Shown piece by piece: positions 41,898-51,645 of a stretch of DNA of 64,000 nucleotides (the first letter of the stretch is position 1; each line of letters starts with the position of its first letter). Made by a program: the position numbers and the translations under genes. Source of the stretch: Gemmatimonadaceae bacterium. Its GTDB lineage: Bacteria > Gemmatimonadota > Gemmatimonadetes > Gemmatimonadales > Gemmatimonadaceae. The stretch is taken from positions 192,001 through 256,000 of the forward strand of contig JBJMOW010000005.1 of NCBI GenBank assembly GCA_045803545.1, given 5' to 3'. Below the pieces are notes generated by a model, which made no database searches, was not told the origin of the DNA, and worked only from the letters and a program-made list of their open reading frames with translations.

Positions 41898-42419
41898 TCA
41901 CTCCTCGCTGCGGTAGAAGGTGATTGCGGTTGAACCGTACTTTCTCGTTTCGCCACCAGCCGGCATCGAATCCTTTACCGAATGCTCGACGCTCAGTACG
42001 CGGCTAAAAGGTACTTCTTTCCAGCGCTCAGCCAACCGCATGGCATCGCCAGTCACGTAGGGTGGATCGGCGAAGGCTATGTCGTAGGCGGCTGCCTCCA
42101 ACGAACCGACGAAGGTCAAAGCCGATTTGCGGTGCACCCTCGCGAGACTGTCAGCGTCGAGGGCGGCGATGTTTTCTTCGAGTGCTCGCAGACTCTTCGG
42201 ATCCTTCTCCACGAAATCCGCAGCCAACGCACCGCGCGATAACGCCTCCAGGCCGAGAGCGCCCGAGCCCGCGTAAAGGTCAAGGACGCGGGCGTCTGGA
42301 ATATCCAACTGCAGAATGCTCATCCAGGCTTCACGGACACGGTCGAGCGTCGGTCGGACGGCCAGACCCTTTGGTGCGCTGATTCTTCGGCCTCGCCAGC
42401 GACCGGCGACTATACGCAA
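41898..42419 (-). CDS. rsmD: 16S rRNA m2G966 methyltransferase
   Basis: LRIVAGRWRGR, RPTLDRVRE, LDLYAGSGALGLEALSRG, DPPY; start set at TTG 42419. Confidence 0.92.
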   Translation of the reverse strand: MRIVAGRWRGRRISAPKGLAVRPTLDRVREAWMSILQLDIPDARVLDLYAGSGALGLEALSRGALAADFVEKDPKSLRALEENIAALDADSLARVHRKSALTFVGSLEAAAYDIAFADPPYVTGDAMRLAERWKEVPFSRVLSVEHSVKDSMPAGGETRKYGSTAITFYRSEE

Positions 42420-42422
42420 GGC

Positions 42423-42489
42423 GTGGGAAGCGGGAGGCCGGAGGCGGGAGGCGGAGCCACGGGATGCAAGTTGTGTGATGCGGGACGCG
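42423..42489 (+). repeat. Degenerate GCGGGA(A/G) heptamer array
   Basis: gtgggaa gcgggag gccggag gcgggag gcgg... between recJ and rsmD. Confidence 0.7.
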
Positions 42490-42501
42490 CTCGTTGCACG
42501 T

Positions 42502-44235
42502 TCACTCCGGACTGAGGCGAATGTCGGCGATGCGGGCCTGGAGATAGCTCTCGCCGCGATAGTCGTCTCGCTCCAACCGGAACGCGACATCGATGCGCGC
42601 TCCCGGCTGCAGATGAACGGCGCGGTCGATCAATCCCCAACCGAGTGCTTCGAGCGAGCCGGTGCCCGTGTCGAGCGTGATCTTCAAGCCATCTGCTCCG
42701 ACGGGTCTTGGCGGTCGCTTGATCCCAACGTTGCGGGCGAGCAGAACAGGCGCGGGATTCCCGATCCCGAACGGCTCGAAATGCCTGAATAAAGCTTCGA
42801 TCTTGTGATCGAGTCCTTCGATCGGCACCTCGAGATCGACGCGGATTTCCGGAACGAGATCTTCCGCCGTCAGGTGCTGGTGCGCTACCTGGTTGAAGCG
42901 CGTCGCGAACGCTGAAACCTTGTCGCGCGCGATCGTCACGCCCGCGGCGGCGCGGTGGCCACCGAAGCGGAGCAGATGCTCGCGTGATTCCGCCAGTGCC
43001 CCATGAAGATTGAATTTCGGGATCGATCGTCCTGAACCTTTACCCTGGTCGTCGGCGAGCGCGATTAAAACCGTCGGGCGGCCGAACTCTTCGACCAATC
43101 GCGACGCAACGATCCCGATCACACCGGGATGCCAGGCATCATCCGCGAGAACGATCGAGAACCACTCGTCGAGGTCCAACGCCAGCACACGCTCGCGTGC
43201 CTGCTCCAGCGTCTGGTGATCGATCTCCTGGCGCTTTGCGTTCAGCTCCTCGAGCTCGCGCGCGATGACGTTTGCCTCATGTTCATCGGCCGTGAGCAGC
43301 AGCTCAACGCCGCGAATCGCATGACCCATTCGCCCGGCGGCATTCAATCTCGGCGCGAGGATGAAGCCGATTCTTCCGGCAGTGAGCTGCCGACCGTCGA
43401 GCCCCGACGCGCGCAGCAGCGCGCGCATGCCGATGTTGCGGGTCTCCTTGAGCATGCGCAGCCCGTATCGCACAAAGACGCGATTCTCGCCGCGCAGCGG
43501 CGCGACATCAGCTACCGTCGCCAGCGCAACGAGATCGAGCATCGCCCAGATCGGATTCTCGTTGGCGCCAAGTGCGCGCGTTAGCGCGAGAGAGAGCTTC
43601 CACACCACCGCTACCGCGGCGAGATCCTTGTCGGGATACCCGCAGCCCGGCCGCTTCGGATTGAGCACTGCGAGGCAATCGGGGAGCTCACCACTCGGCA
43701 AGTGGTGATCAGTGACGATGACGTCGACGCCGGCGCGGCAGAGTTTGGCGACCGGAGCAACCGCGCCCGTTCCACAATCGCAGGTGACCACGACCTTGGC
43801 GCCTGCCTTGATCGCTGCGCTCACGCCCGCCTCACCGAGGTCGTAGCCGTCTTCGATTCGGCGCGGGATGAACGGAATCGCATTGCCGCCCAACATCCGG
43901 ATGACGCGCGTAAGAATCGTCGTCGAGCAAATCCCGTCGACGTCGTAGTCGCCGTGGATGAAAACGAGCTCTTTTTCTCTTACCGCGCGCGCAAGGCGAT
44001 CGACAGCCTTGTCCATCGACAGGAACCCCAGGGGCTCGTGCAGCTTGTCGAGCTTGGGACGAAGAAATTGCTTCGCTTCATCCGGCGTCACATACCCGCG
44101 AATCAGCAGCAGGCGGCAAACGACGTCGGGCAGCGAAAGCGCCTCCATCAGCGCGCGCACTGCTTCCTCGTCGGGTGGCTTTGGCAGGATCCAGCGCGCG
44201 GGAGCGGCCGGACGTTCTGATGTGACGCTGCTCAC
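42502..44235 (-). CDS. recJ: Single-stranded-DNA exonuclease RecJ
   Basis: HGDYDVDG, TCDCG, TDHH, ATVADV, PRLNAAGR, GSGRS, GGHRAAAG. Confidence 0.96.
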   Translation of the reverse strand: MSSVTSERPAAPARWILPKPPDEEAVRALMEALSLPDVVCRLLLIRGYVTPDEAKQFLRPKLDKLHEPLGFLSMDKAVDRLARAVREKELVFIHGDYDVDGICSTTILTRVIRMLGGNAIPFIPRRIEDGYDLGEAGVSAAIKAGAKVVVTCDCGTGAVAPVAKLCRAGVDVIVTDHHLPSGELPDCLAVLNPKRPGCGYPDKDLAAVAVVWKLSLALTRALGANENPIWAMLDLVALATVADVAPLRGENRVFVRYGLRMLKETRNIGMRALLRASGLDGRQLTAGRIGFILAPRLNAAGRMGHAIRGVELLLTADEHEANVIARELEELNAKRQEIDHQTLEQARERVLALDLDEWFSIVLADDAWHPGVIGIVASRLVEEFGRPTVLIALADDQGKGSGRSIPKFNLHGALAESREHLLRFGGHRAAAGVTIARDKVSAFATRFNQVAHQHLTAEDLVPEIRVDLEVPIEGLDHKIEALFRHFEPFGIGNPAPVLLARNVGIKRPPRPVGADGLKITLDTGTGSLEALGWGLIDRAVHLQPGARIDVAFRLERDDYRGESYLQARIADIRLSPE

Positions 44236-44305
44236 CTACACAACTTAGCGGCCAGTGACAGAGCCGCTCAAGGATTGCACCGCGTCAATTCCGACGCCCG
44301 CGTTA

Positions 44306-45007
44306 TCAACCGTCTGCGTATAGCAACACTCCACACGCTTCGCAGACTTCGATGTCACCGCTCTTCTGCATCAGATTGCGACGCTGGAGCGGGACGGCCG
44401 TGTCGCAATTGCCACAGGAACCACCGCGCAGCGGGTACAGAGCCTGACCTCGGCGGCCTCGGATGCGATCGTATTTTCCAAGCGTTGGCCTTGCGACTGA
44501 TCCCGCCCTGCCATTGCGCTCGCGCTTAGCCTCCTCCAATTGCGACTGTAGCTCAGCGCGTTTTGACTCGATCTCCGGGCGAGCTTCCATCTGCTCGAGC
44601 TCGACCGCGGCAAGTGCGTCCTGCTGGGCGGCAACTGTTGCCAACATCTCGTTGATGCGGCGGCCGAGTATCGCGATCTCGCTCTCGTCTTCGGCCATTA
44701 GGCGTCGCGTCGTCTCCATCTGCGCCGTAGCGGCGGTCGCTTCACGCAAGCGTTTGACATCATCCAGCTGATGGACGTTGCGCTCCTGAAGCTGTCGATG
44801 CTGGGCGAGCCGTTGCTGCAGCTCGCGCTGTTTCTTCTCTTCGCCTTCGACGGCCGCCTGGGCTCGCTTGAGTGCGGCGGCGGCGCTGTCTCGTTTCCTG
44901 TCCAGCTCGGCCAGGTGCGGGTCGAGCTCGCGAATCTGACTTTCGATCTCGCGGATCTTGAGGTCGTCATCCTGCAATGCCAGTAACGCTTCAACTTCCT
45001 GGCGCAT
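44306..45007 (-). CDS. Coiled-coil protein with C-terminal C4 zinc ribbon (DUF164/HP0958-like)
   Basis: Long coiled coil, YDRIR, CGNC...CEAC. Confidence 0.85.
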   Translation of the reverse strand: MRQEVEALLALQDDDLKIREIESQIRELDPHLAELDRKRDSAAAALKRAQAAVEGEEKKQRELQQRLAQHRQLQERNVHQLDDVKRLREATAATAQMETTRRLMAEDESEIAILGRRINEMLATVAAQQDALAAVELEQMEARPEIESKRAELQSQLEEAKRERNGRAGSVARPTLGKYDRIRGRRGQALYPLRGGSCGNCDTAVPLQRRNLMQKSGDIEVCEACGVLLYADG

Positions 45008-45063
45008 TCGACCTCCAGCCTCTCAAAGAGGCTTCAGCTTGCTCCGACATTCTCTCTCCTCTG

Positions 45064-46890
45064 TCATCGTGTCCCGGTACGCCTGAACTTCTTGAAATAG
45101 TTTCGACCTGTCGCCTTCAACTCACGCCTGATCGCGTCCTTCTCGGCGATCAGCTCGTCCTTCTTTGCACCATTCGCCAGCGGAATGATCCGATCGAGCT
45201 CCGCGGCGCGCAGATCGAGATCGCGTGCACGCAAGGTAGCGAAGCTATCGTTGATCGTGCGCTCCTGGTCGATCTGAAAAGCACCTTCGGCCAGGATCTC
45301 CTGAATGGTCTCGATCGCGTCCTCGTCAAGATTCGCAGAAACCTGCTCGATTGTTGAGTCTGGTCCCAAAGGAATCAACGCACGGTAGATGTCCCGATAC
45401 GCGGCGTTTCGAAAGCTTTCCACGCCCAGCTTCTCCGCGATCTGCACTACTCGTGCGCGATTGAACAACATTGCTCGAATCAACTCACGTTCTGCAGATG
45501 ATCCACGCTCCGAGTGTTGTGCGCGCCGCTCACCGCGACGAACACGCGCGGCCGGCGAAATTCGCGGCGCCGGTACGCTTGCCGTTGGGTCGGAGGCCTC
45601 GCGCGGCGTGACCCTGCCCGTCCATTCCCGCTCCAGAACCTCTCTGGCGACCCCGCTCACTTCGCTGGCACGCGCCAGATATAGATCGCGCATGATCTGA
45701 TCTGAAGCAGCGCGAATGGTCGGCAGCAAGCGGTCCAGGGCTCTCCGCTTCTTATGCAATTCGGCGAACATCCCAGCTCGCTCCAACAGCTGGATCTTCC
45801 GCTCGAAAACGTCGATCGCATCTCGCATCCGCGCTGTTAATGCTGCAGCGCCATTCTTTTTTACGAAAGTGTCAGGGTCTTCGCCGTCCGGAAGAGTAAC
45901 GATTCGAACCGACGCTCCCTGACGCAAAAGCTCGTCGCCTGAGCGGAAGGTCGCCTGCAGCCCAGCCTTGTCGCTGTCGTAAAGCAGAAAGATGTTTTTC
46001 GTCAGCTTGCGAAGCGCCCCCGCTTGCTGGTCCGTGAGAGCGGTTCCCATCGGTGCGACGACGGAAGTGAAACCGGCGCTGATCAAACGAACGACGTCGA
46101 AATAGCCTTCGACGACGAGCACGTGATCCTCACGTCTGATGTCGTTCTTCGCCCAGTTGAGACCATAGAGCGTGCGGCCTTTCGAGAACGCGGCGGACTC
46201 CGGTGAATTGAGATACTTCGGCTCACCCGGGCCGAGCAGTCTGCCGCCGAATCCGACGTTGCGGCTCATCGCGTCGAGAATCGGGAACATCAAGCGGCCT
46301 CGAAACCGCGGGCGCGGCTCGCTTCCCTCGTCGCCGGAAACCAGAAGCCCGGCGGCAAACTGACGCTCTTCGTTGAAGCCGAGTGTCGACATGTAGGTGC
46401 GCAGCAAACCGATTTCGCGTGGCGCGAATCCGATTCCGAACTGCTCGGCGGTCTCTTTGGTAATGTCGCGCTGAGCGAGATAATCGCGCGCCTGTGCCCC
46501 GAGCGGGTCATCCCAGAGAATCTTCTGGAAATACGCCGCGGCGGTCGCGTTGACCTCCCACAACGGCTCGCGCGGGTCAGGTCCTTCGCGGCGCGAATCG
46601 ATCTCTCTAACTTCGATACCAGACTTCTCCCCCACCATTTTCACTGCGTTGGGCCACTCGACGCCGAGTCGCTTCTGCAGGAACCGAAAGACGTCACCGC
46701 CTTCGTGGCACACGAAGCAATAGTACATCCGCTTGCGCGGTGACACCGAGAAGTTGCGATGTGTGCCCTGGTGGAACGGGCACGGGCCGCGGAAGTCGGT
46801 GCCGGCGCGCTTGAGATTGACGTACTCGCCGACGATCTGAACGATGTCGGCGGCATCGCGCACCTGCTCGACGACTTCATCAGGAATCAC
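45064..46890 (-). CDS. dnaG: DNA primase
   Basis: CPFH...CFVC Zn-binding domain, FGGR, KYLNSPE, VEGYFD, YDSDKAG, DPD. Confidence 0.96.
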   Translation of the reverse strand: MIPDEVVEQVRDAADIVQIVGEYVNLKRAGTDFRGPCPFHQGTHRNFSVSPRKRMYYCFVCHEGGDVFRFLQKRLGVEWPNAVKMVGEKSGIEVREIDSRREGPDPREPLWEVNATAAAYFQKILWDDPLGAQARDYLAQRDITKETAEQFGIGFAPREIGLLRTYMSTLGFNEERQFAAGLLVSGDEGSEPRPRFRGRLMFPILDAMSRNVGFGGRLLGPGEPKYLNSPESAAFSKGRTLYGLNWAKNDIRREDHVLVVEGYFDVVRLISAGFTSVVAPMGTALTDQQAGALRKLTKNIFLLYDSDKAGLQATFRSGDELLRQGASVRIVTLPDGEDPDTFVKKNGAAALTARMRDAIDVFERKIQLLERAGMFAELHKKRRALDRLLPTIRAASDQIMRDLYLARASEVSGVAREVLEREWTGRVTPREASDPTASVPAPRISPAARVRRGERRAQHSERGSSAERELIRAMLFNRARVVQIAEKLGVESFRNAAYRDIYRALIPLGPDSTIEQVSANLDEDAIETIQEILAEGAFQIDQERTINDSFATLRARDLDLRAAELDRIIPLANGAKKDELIAEKDAIRRELKATGRNYFKKFRRTGTR

Positions 46891-49262
46891 TTGAACTCCA
46901 CCACCGTGACGCCGGCACCGCCTTCGTTCCAGGCGCCAAGCCGGAAGTTCGTGACTCGTGATTCCTTCTGCAGCATCTCGGAAACCCGCTCGCGCAACGC
47001 GCCAGTCCCTTTGCCGTGGATGATGCGGAGCGTTTTGAGATCGGCGCGGATGGCTGCATCGACGGCATGCATAACGATGTCCTCGACTTCGCCAACGCGC
47101 ATGCCCCGCAAGTCGATTTCGCTTGCCGCATGCATCTCCGGCAGGTCGCCTCGAACGTTTACGGTGACTGCCGGCGCCGCGGCTTCAGGCGTCGAAACGC
47201 GCAGCGCGGTCCGCGGAACCGCCAGCTTCATCACGCCAACAGCGACAACCGCTTCTGCAGCGCGCATTTCGACGACCCGACCGACCCGCCCTCCGAGTGT
47301 TTCTACTTCGACAAAATCTCCGACATTGACTTCCTGATCGTTGTTGCTGGGCGGCGCTTCCGCATTTTCGCGTTCGATCCGGTCGAGAGCGCGACCTTGC
47401 TCATTGGCAAGCTCCTCGACGCGTTTGCGGGCTTCACGCGCTGCATCCTGATTTTCGGAAGCGGCCTTGAGCTCGCGAATGGTTTGTTCGACTTCGGCTC
47501 GCGCTTCCAGAAGATACTGCCGCGCCTCTTTGCGCGACGCTTGCTCGAGATCGCGCTCGCGCTCACGAACGTTTCGCTCACGCTCGGCGAGCCGGCGCGA
47601 TCGGCGCTGCGTTTCCTCTGCGACCGCTCCGGTTTCCTTTTCGATCGCTGTCAGACTCTTCTCTCGCGCTTCGAGGTCGGCGAGCAGCGCGGTCACCCGA
47701 CGTTCGTCGACGGGAATTCTCTCTTCAGCGCGCGTCAGCACTTCAGTCGGAAGTTTGAGACGACGTGCGATGCTGATGCCATACGAGCGCCCTGGAATCC
47801 CCTTCGTCAGCCTATACGTTGGAGCGAGCGCTACCGGATCGAACTGGAGCGAGGCGTTCACTACACCATCGACCTGGGTCGCCAACTCCTTCAGCGCCCC
47901 GAGGTGAGTGGTCGCGATTGTTAGAGTGCGCCTGGTAGTGAGCGCCTCGAGAATGGCACCGCCCAGTGCGGCGCCTTCGATGGGATCGGTACCGGAGCCG
48001 AGCTCGTCGATGAGAACGAGCGATCGATCAGTTGCCGACGCAAGAACTTCCGCCAGGTTCTTTAAATGAGCGCTGAAGGTCGACAGGCTGGCGAGAATGG
48101 ACTGCTCGTCGCCAACGTCGGCGTAAATGTTGTCGAAGATGGCGATCGTCGAACCTGCATCGACAGGAGCCGGGATTCCCGATTGAGTCAGCGCCGAGAA
48201 CAGACCAAGCGCCTTGAGGAGGACAGTCTTGCCGCCAGTGTTGGGTCCTGAGATGAGAAGCGTGCGCTCGCGTGATTGCATCTCCAGGTCAAATGGAACG
48301 ACGTCGATTCCCTGGGCAATCAGCAGCGGATGCCGACCTCGGACGATGTTGAAGCCGCTGGTCGCGTCGGAGAGCTCGGAGGGCACGCAGCGAAAATCAA
48401 TCGCGAATTTGGCGCGCGCCACGAGGGAATCGAGCGTGATCAGGGACTCGAGCGACTGCATCATTGCGTCGCGCTGCGGCCGGAGCCGCTCGGTGAGCTC
48501 GGCGAGAATGCGGTCGATCTCCTCGCCTTCCTCCATCTGCAGCTCACGGATGCGATTGCCCGCTTCGACAGCGGCAGGAGGCTCGACGAACAGAGTGCCG
48601 CCAGTGGCGGACGAATCATGGACGATTCCACCGACGGCGCCTTGAGCTTCGCGTCGCACCGGAATCACATAGCGGCCGTTGCGAATTGTCACCGACATGT
48701 CGGCGACGCGTTGGTGCGGCTCGAGCCGGGCCATCGCGCGTTCGAGCACCTTGATCAGCTCGCCCTGCGACCCGCGCAGCTCCCGTCTGATTTTTCGCAG
48801 TGCCGGCGATGCATCATCCTGAATCTGCCCTTCGTCGTCGACCGTGCGCTCGATCAATGTCTCATTCGTCTTGTCGACGATGAGCGCGTCGCGCTGTTCC
48901 GCCAGCACGGCGGTCGCAACCGGCGAAACCTTGTCGCCACGAAAAGCTTCGCGAGTGACGCGCGAGCTGCGCAGGAGCGCGCCGAGCGCGAGAATGTCGA
49001 TCGCGGACAGGGAAGCACCTTCAACACGCAGCCGAGTCAGAGCCGCGCGGGCATCAGGAACACCGTGTAATGTCCACGGCTCCTCGGCGGTGAGAAGGGA
49101 GCGCACGGCAGCGACACGCGCGTGCTCCTTCTCGATCGAGTCCCGGTCCGTCGTCGGCGCCAGCTCGCGCACCCTGTCCGCGCCAAGGGGCGAAATCGCG
49201 CGCTCGGCGATTAATGCGAGGGTGCGTGGGAATTCGATGACGTTGAGAGCGTGAGTGTTCAC
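46887..49262 (-). CDS. mutS2: Endonuclease MutS2
   Basis: SGPNTGGKT, GDEQSI, LSTFSAH, DELGSGTDP, TTH, Smr domain IIHGKGTG. Confidence 0.95.
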   Translation of the reverse strand: MNTHALNVIEFPRTLALIAERAISPLGADRVRELAPTTDRDSIEKEHARVAAVRSLLTAEEPWTLHGVPDARAALTRLRVEGASLSAIDILALGALLRSSRVTREAFRGDKVSPVATAVLAEQRDALIVDKTNETLIERTVDDEGQIQDDASPALRKIRRELRGSQGELIKVLERAMARLEPHQRVADMSVTIRNGRYVIPVRREAQGAVGGIVHDSSATGGTLFVEPPAAVEAGNRIRELQMEEGEEIDRILAELTERLRPQRDAMMQSLESLITLDSLVARAKFAIDFRCVPSELSDATSGFNIVRGRHPLLIAQGIDVVPFDLEMQSRERTLLISGPNTGGKTVLLKALGLFSALTQSGIPAPVDAGSTIAIFDNIYADVGDEQSILASLSTFSAHLKNLAEVLASATDRSLVLIDELGSGTDPIEGAALGGAILEALTTRRTLTIATTHLGALKELATQVDGVVNASLQFDPVALAPTYRLTKGIPGRSYGISIARRLKLPTEVLTRAEERIPVDERRVTALLADLEAREKSLTAIEKETGAVAEETQRRSRRLAERERNVRERERDLEQASRKEARQYLLEARAEVEQTIRELKAASENQDAAREARKRVEELANEQGRALDRIERENAEAPPSNNDQEVNVGDFVEVETLGGRVGRVVEMRAAEAVVAVGVMKLAVPRTALRVSTPEAAAPAVTVNVRGDLPEMHAASEIDLRGMRVGEVEDIVMHAVDAAIRADLKTLRIIHGKGTGALRERVSEMLQKESRVTNFRLGAWNEGGAGVTVVEFK

Positions 49263-49277
49263 TAATGGAGTTTATGA

Positions 49278-49403
49278 GCGGGAAGCGGGAGGCGGGAGGC
49301 GGGAGGCGAGGCGCTAACCAAAAAAAGGTCGCCATATATATGCGCGACCTCGGCTCAGATACTGTAGAAAATAGGGTCGCGCTTCCCGCTTCCCGCTTCC
49401 CGC
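49278..49403. repeat. Inverted heptamer arrays (GCGGGAG/A)n ... (CTTCCCG)n around an AT-richer core
   Basis: 49278-49312 G-rich units, 49381-49403 reverse-complement units; internal hairpin AGGTCGC-CATATATATGC-GCGACCT. Confidence 0.8.
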
Positions 49404-49408
49404 GAAGC

Positions 49409-49852
49409 TCACCCCTGCTTCGCCAGTTCCTCGCGGGCGATCGCGTTGATCGTGCTGCCATCCGCCCGGCCTTTGAACTGCGGGAGAACCTTACCCATGA
49501 TCGCGCCGATCTGCGTCGCGCCGGCCGCGATCGCCGCTTTCACGGCGGTGCGTAGCTCCTCGTCACTGACCTGAGCGGGAAGATATTTCTCCAGCGCAGT
49601 CGCTTCCGCCGCTTCCTTCTCGGCGAGGTCGTTGCGGTTTCCCTTCTTGTAAAGGTCCACCGACTCGCGACGCTTCTTGATCGACTTACGCAGAACGTCA
49701 ATGACATCCGCATCAGACGGATCGCGTCTCAGCTCGATCTTTTTGTTCTTGATCTCGGCGAGGACGGTGCTGAGGAGCAGCGTACCGGCCTTGTCCTGGG
49801 ATTTGCGAGCGGAATTTAGATCGCCCTGAAGGCGGGCGAGTAACTCGGACAT
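49409..49852 (-). CDS. GatB/YqeY domain protein
   Basis: KKRRES, YLPAQ, IGAIMGKV...GRADG; typical rpsU-yqeY context. Confidence 0.9.
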   Translation of the reverse strand: MSELLARLQGDLNSARKSQDKAGTLLLSTVLAEIKNKKIELRRDPSDADVIDVLRKSIKKRRESVDLYKKGNRNDLAEKEAAEATALEKYLPAQVSDEELRTAVKAAIAAGATQIGAIMGKVLPQFKGRADGSTINAIAREELAKQG

Positions 49853-49855
49853 TCC

Positions 49856-50044
49856 CTAGGTGTGACGGGTGCGGCGGTTCTTACGCATCGCCGTGTTCAG
49901 CTTGCGCTTCCTGCGCTCGCTCGGCTTTTCGTAATGACGGTGCTTGCGGAGATCGGAGAGTATACCCGCCTTCTCGCATTTCTTTTTGAAACGCTTCAGC
50001 GCGCGCTCAAAGTTCTCGTCGTCATGGATTATGACTTCCGACAA
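49856..50044 (-). CDS. rpsU: 30S ribosomal protein S21
   Basis: FERALKRFKK, HYEKPSERRK. Confidence 0.96.
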   Translation of the reverse strand: MSEVIIHDDENFERALKRFKKKCEKAGILSDLRKHRHYEKPSERRKRKLNTAMRKNRRTRHT

Positions 50045-50100
50045 AATCTGCTTCCCCCCTTCTTGGCGAACGTCTTCGCCGGTTTAGGCCTAGACGGCTA

Positions 50101-50129
50101 AACTTAGGCCTCGTAGAGGGTTGGGTCAA
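50101..50129 (-). promoter_or_regulatory. rpsU promoter
   Basis: Minus strand TTGACC - 17 nt - TAAGTT. Confidence 0.65.
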
Positions 50130-50168
50130 GCAAACTTCGACTGCGGACTTTGCGCGGTGGCCCGATCA

Positions 50169-50545
50169 GTCGGCGGAGTATAGGGTTGCCGGAGCTTCTC
50201 GCCGCGCCTGTTCGCAATCATTGTCGTCGGATTCCGAGCAGAGGCGCGGCTGCGCGACCTCCGGCAACCCTACACTCCGCCTCCTTCCCTGAACTTGCGC
50301 GCGTGTCCGTCGGTTCGCTTGGCCCAAACCTCCACGCGCCCGCGACATGCGGGCCGAGCGAAGCTCGGCGCGCCCGCCAAGAAGAGGGGCAGCAGGAGCG
50401 GGAGAGGCTGGACACTTACAGATCGCGAAGGGAGGCGAGGGACTTCCGTGAAAAAATTCGCAGACCCGCCCGTCTCAGATCGCCTCTCACACGGCAGTCC
50501 GACAGTAGCGGGTCGAGTTTTTTTCAGGGAATGTCCCTCGCCGAC
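50169..50545. other. Highly structured non-coding element (three hairpin domains); ncRNA or non-autonomous mobile element
   Basis: Long stems at 50172-50281 and 50434-50542 with a nested middle domain; no credible ORF. Confidence 0.6.
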
Positions 50546-50558
50546 CCAAAACGAGATA

Positions 50559-50906
50559 TCAGCCAGGCGGCCAGGTCATTTTGCGTCCGCCGAGCAAGTG
50601 CAGATGCAAATGATCCACGGATTGACCACCGTCAGCTCCGGTGTTGATCACGACTCGATAGCCGGTTTTCGCGATGTGCTCCTGGCGCGCAAGAGCGGCG
50701 GCGAGGGTCATCATCCGACCGAGCAGGTCCGAATCGGTCACGTCATCCAGCGACGGAAAGTGCGTTTTCGGGACGATCAGAATGTGCGTTGGAGCCTGCG
50801 GGGCGATGTCGCGGAAGGCGATCAGCTCCTTGTTGTTGACCAGAGTCTTCGACGGGATTTCACCGCGAATGATTTTGCAGAAAATGCAATTCCTGGTGTC
50901 AAGCAT
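50559..50906 (-). CDS. HIT family nucleotide-binding protein
   Basis: CIFCKI, AFRDIAPQAPTH, GQSVDHLHLHLLGGR, WPPG. Confidence 0.93.
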   Translation of the reverse strand: MLDTRNCIFCKIIRGEIPSKTLVNNKELIAFRDIAPQAPTHILIVPKTHFPSLDDVTDSDLLGRMMTLAAALARQEHIAKTGYRVVINTGADGGQSVDHLHLHLLGGRKMTWPPG

Positions 50907-51645
50907 TGGCTGGCCTCGGGAGCATCGACGCCGCTGCAATCGCGACGGCGGAGATGCCTGCGGTCTCAAAACGTAGTGTGCTCTGCGCCAGCTTCACAGG
51001 GAGGAACGCTGCGCCGATGAAGGCATCGCGCTCCGCGTCTTCCATTCCGCCCTCCGGGCCAAGCGCCACGATGACTGGCGAATGCATCGGAACGCCGGCG
51101 ATGGGCTCGCCGTCCTTGCTGAGAATCAACCGCGTTCCGAGAGGAGCAGCCGCGATTGCGCGATCAACGGTCGCTTCGGGGAAAATCTCGGGCAGCCAAC
51201 CGCCTGCACTTTGTACCAGCGCCGACGTCATGCGCGCGCGAACCTTTCCCTGAAACGTCGAGCCCTCGCCGCGCGGGGAGACACTCTTGGAGCGGCGCCA
51301 TATCACGGGCCGCCAGCTCGTGATCCCCAGCTCAGTCGCTTTCTCTGCGAGCCACAGCATGCGCTCGCGGTCGGCGACCGGCGTTAGCAGATGAATCGGC
51401 GACGGGCGCTGTATCTCGCTGATCTCGGTGATGTCCACGAGCGCCGAGGTTCTGGAGGATTTGACGAGCACGCCGACGGCTGCCCGTCCCTCGCCGTTGC
51501 GTAGTGCGACGCACTCGCCAACACCGACACGTGCGACGCGAATATGGTGCGCCGCATCCTCCGACAGCGTGACGGTGCCGCCGGCTACGAAGCCATCGTT
51601 CGCAAAAAATGTCGCTACCGGGACGCGATCCGCGCACTCCACCAA
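50899..51645 (-). CDS. rsmE: 16S rRNA m3U1498 methyltransferase
   Basis: HHIRVAR, EKATELG, GPEGG, LRFETA. Confidence 0.92.
   Translation of the reverse strand: MVECADRVPVATFFANDGFVAGGTVTLSEDAAHHIRVARVGVGECVALRNGEGRAAVGVLVKSSRTSALVDITEISEIQRPSPIHLLTPVADRERMLWLAEKATELGITSWRPVIWRRSKSVSPRGEGSTFQGKVRARMTSALVQSAGGWLPEIFPEATVDRAIAAAPLGTRLILSKDGEPIAGVPMHSPVIVALGPEGGMEDAERDAFIGAAFLPVKLAQSTLRFETAGISAVAIAAASMLPRPANA

Noticed and set aside
50150..50647. ORFs in the rpsU-HIT spacer
   Set aside because: No recognisable motifs or translation signals; the region is better explained by nucleic-acid secondary structure.
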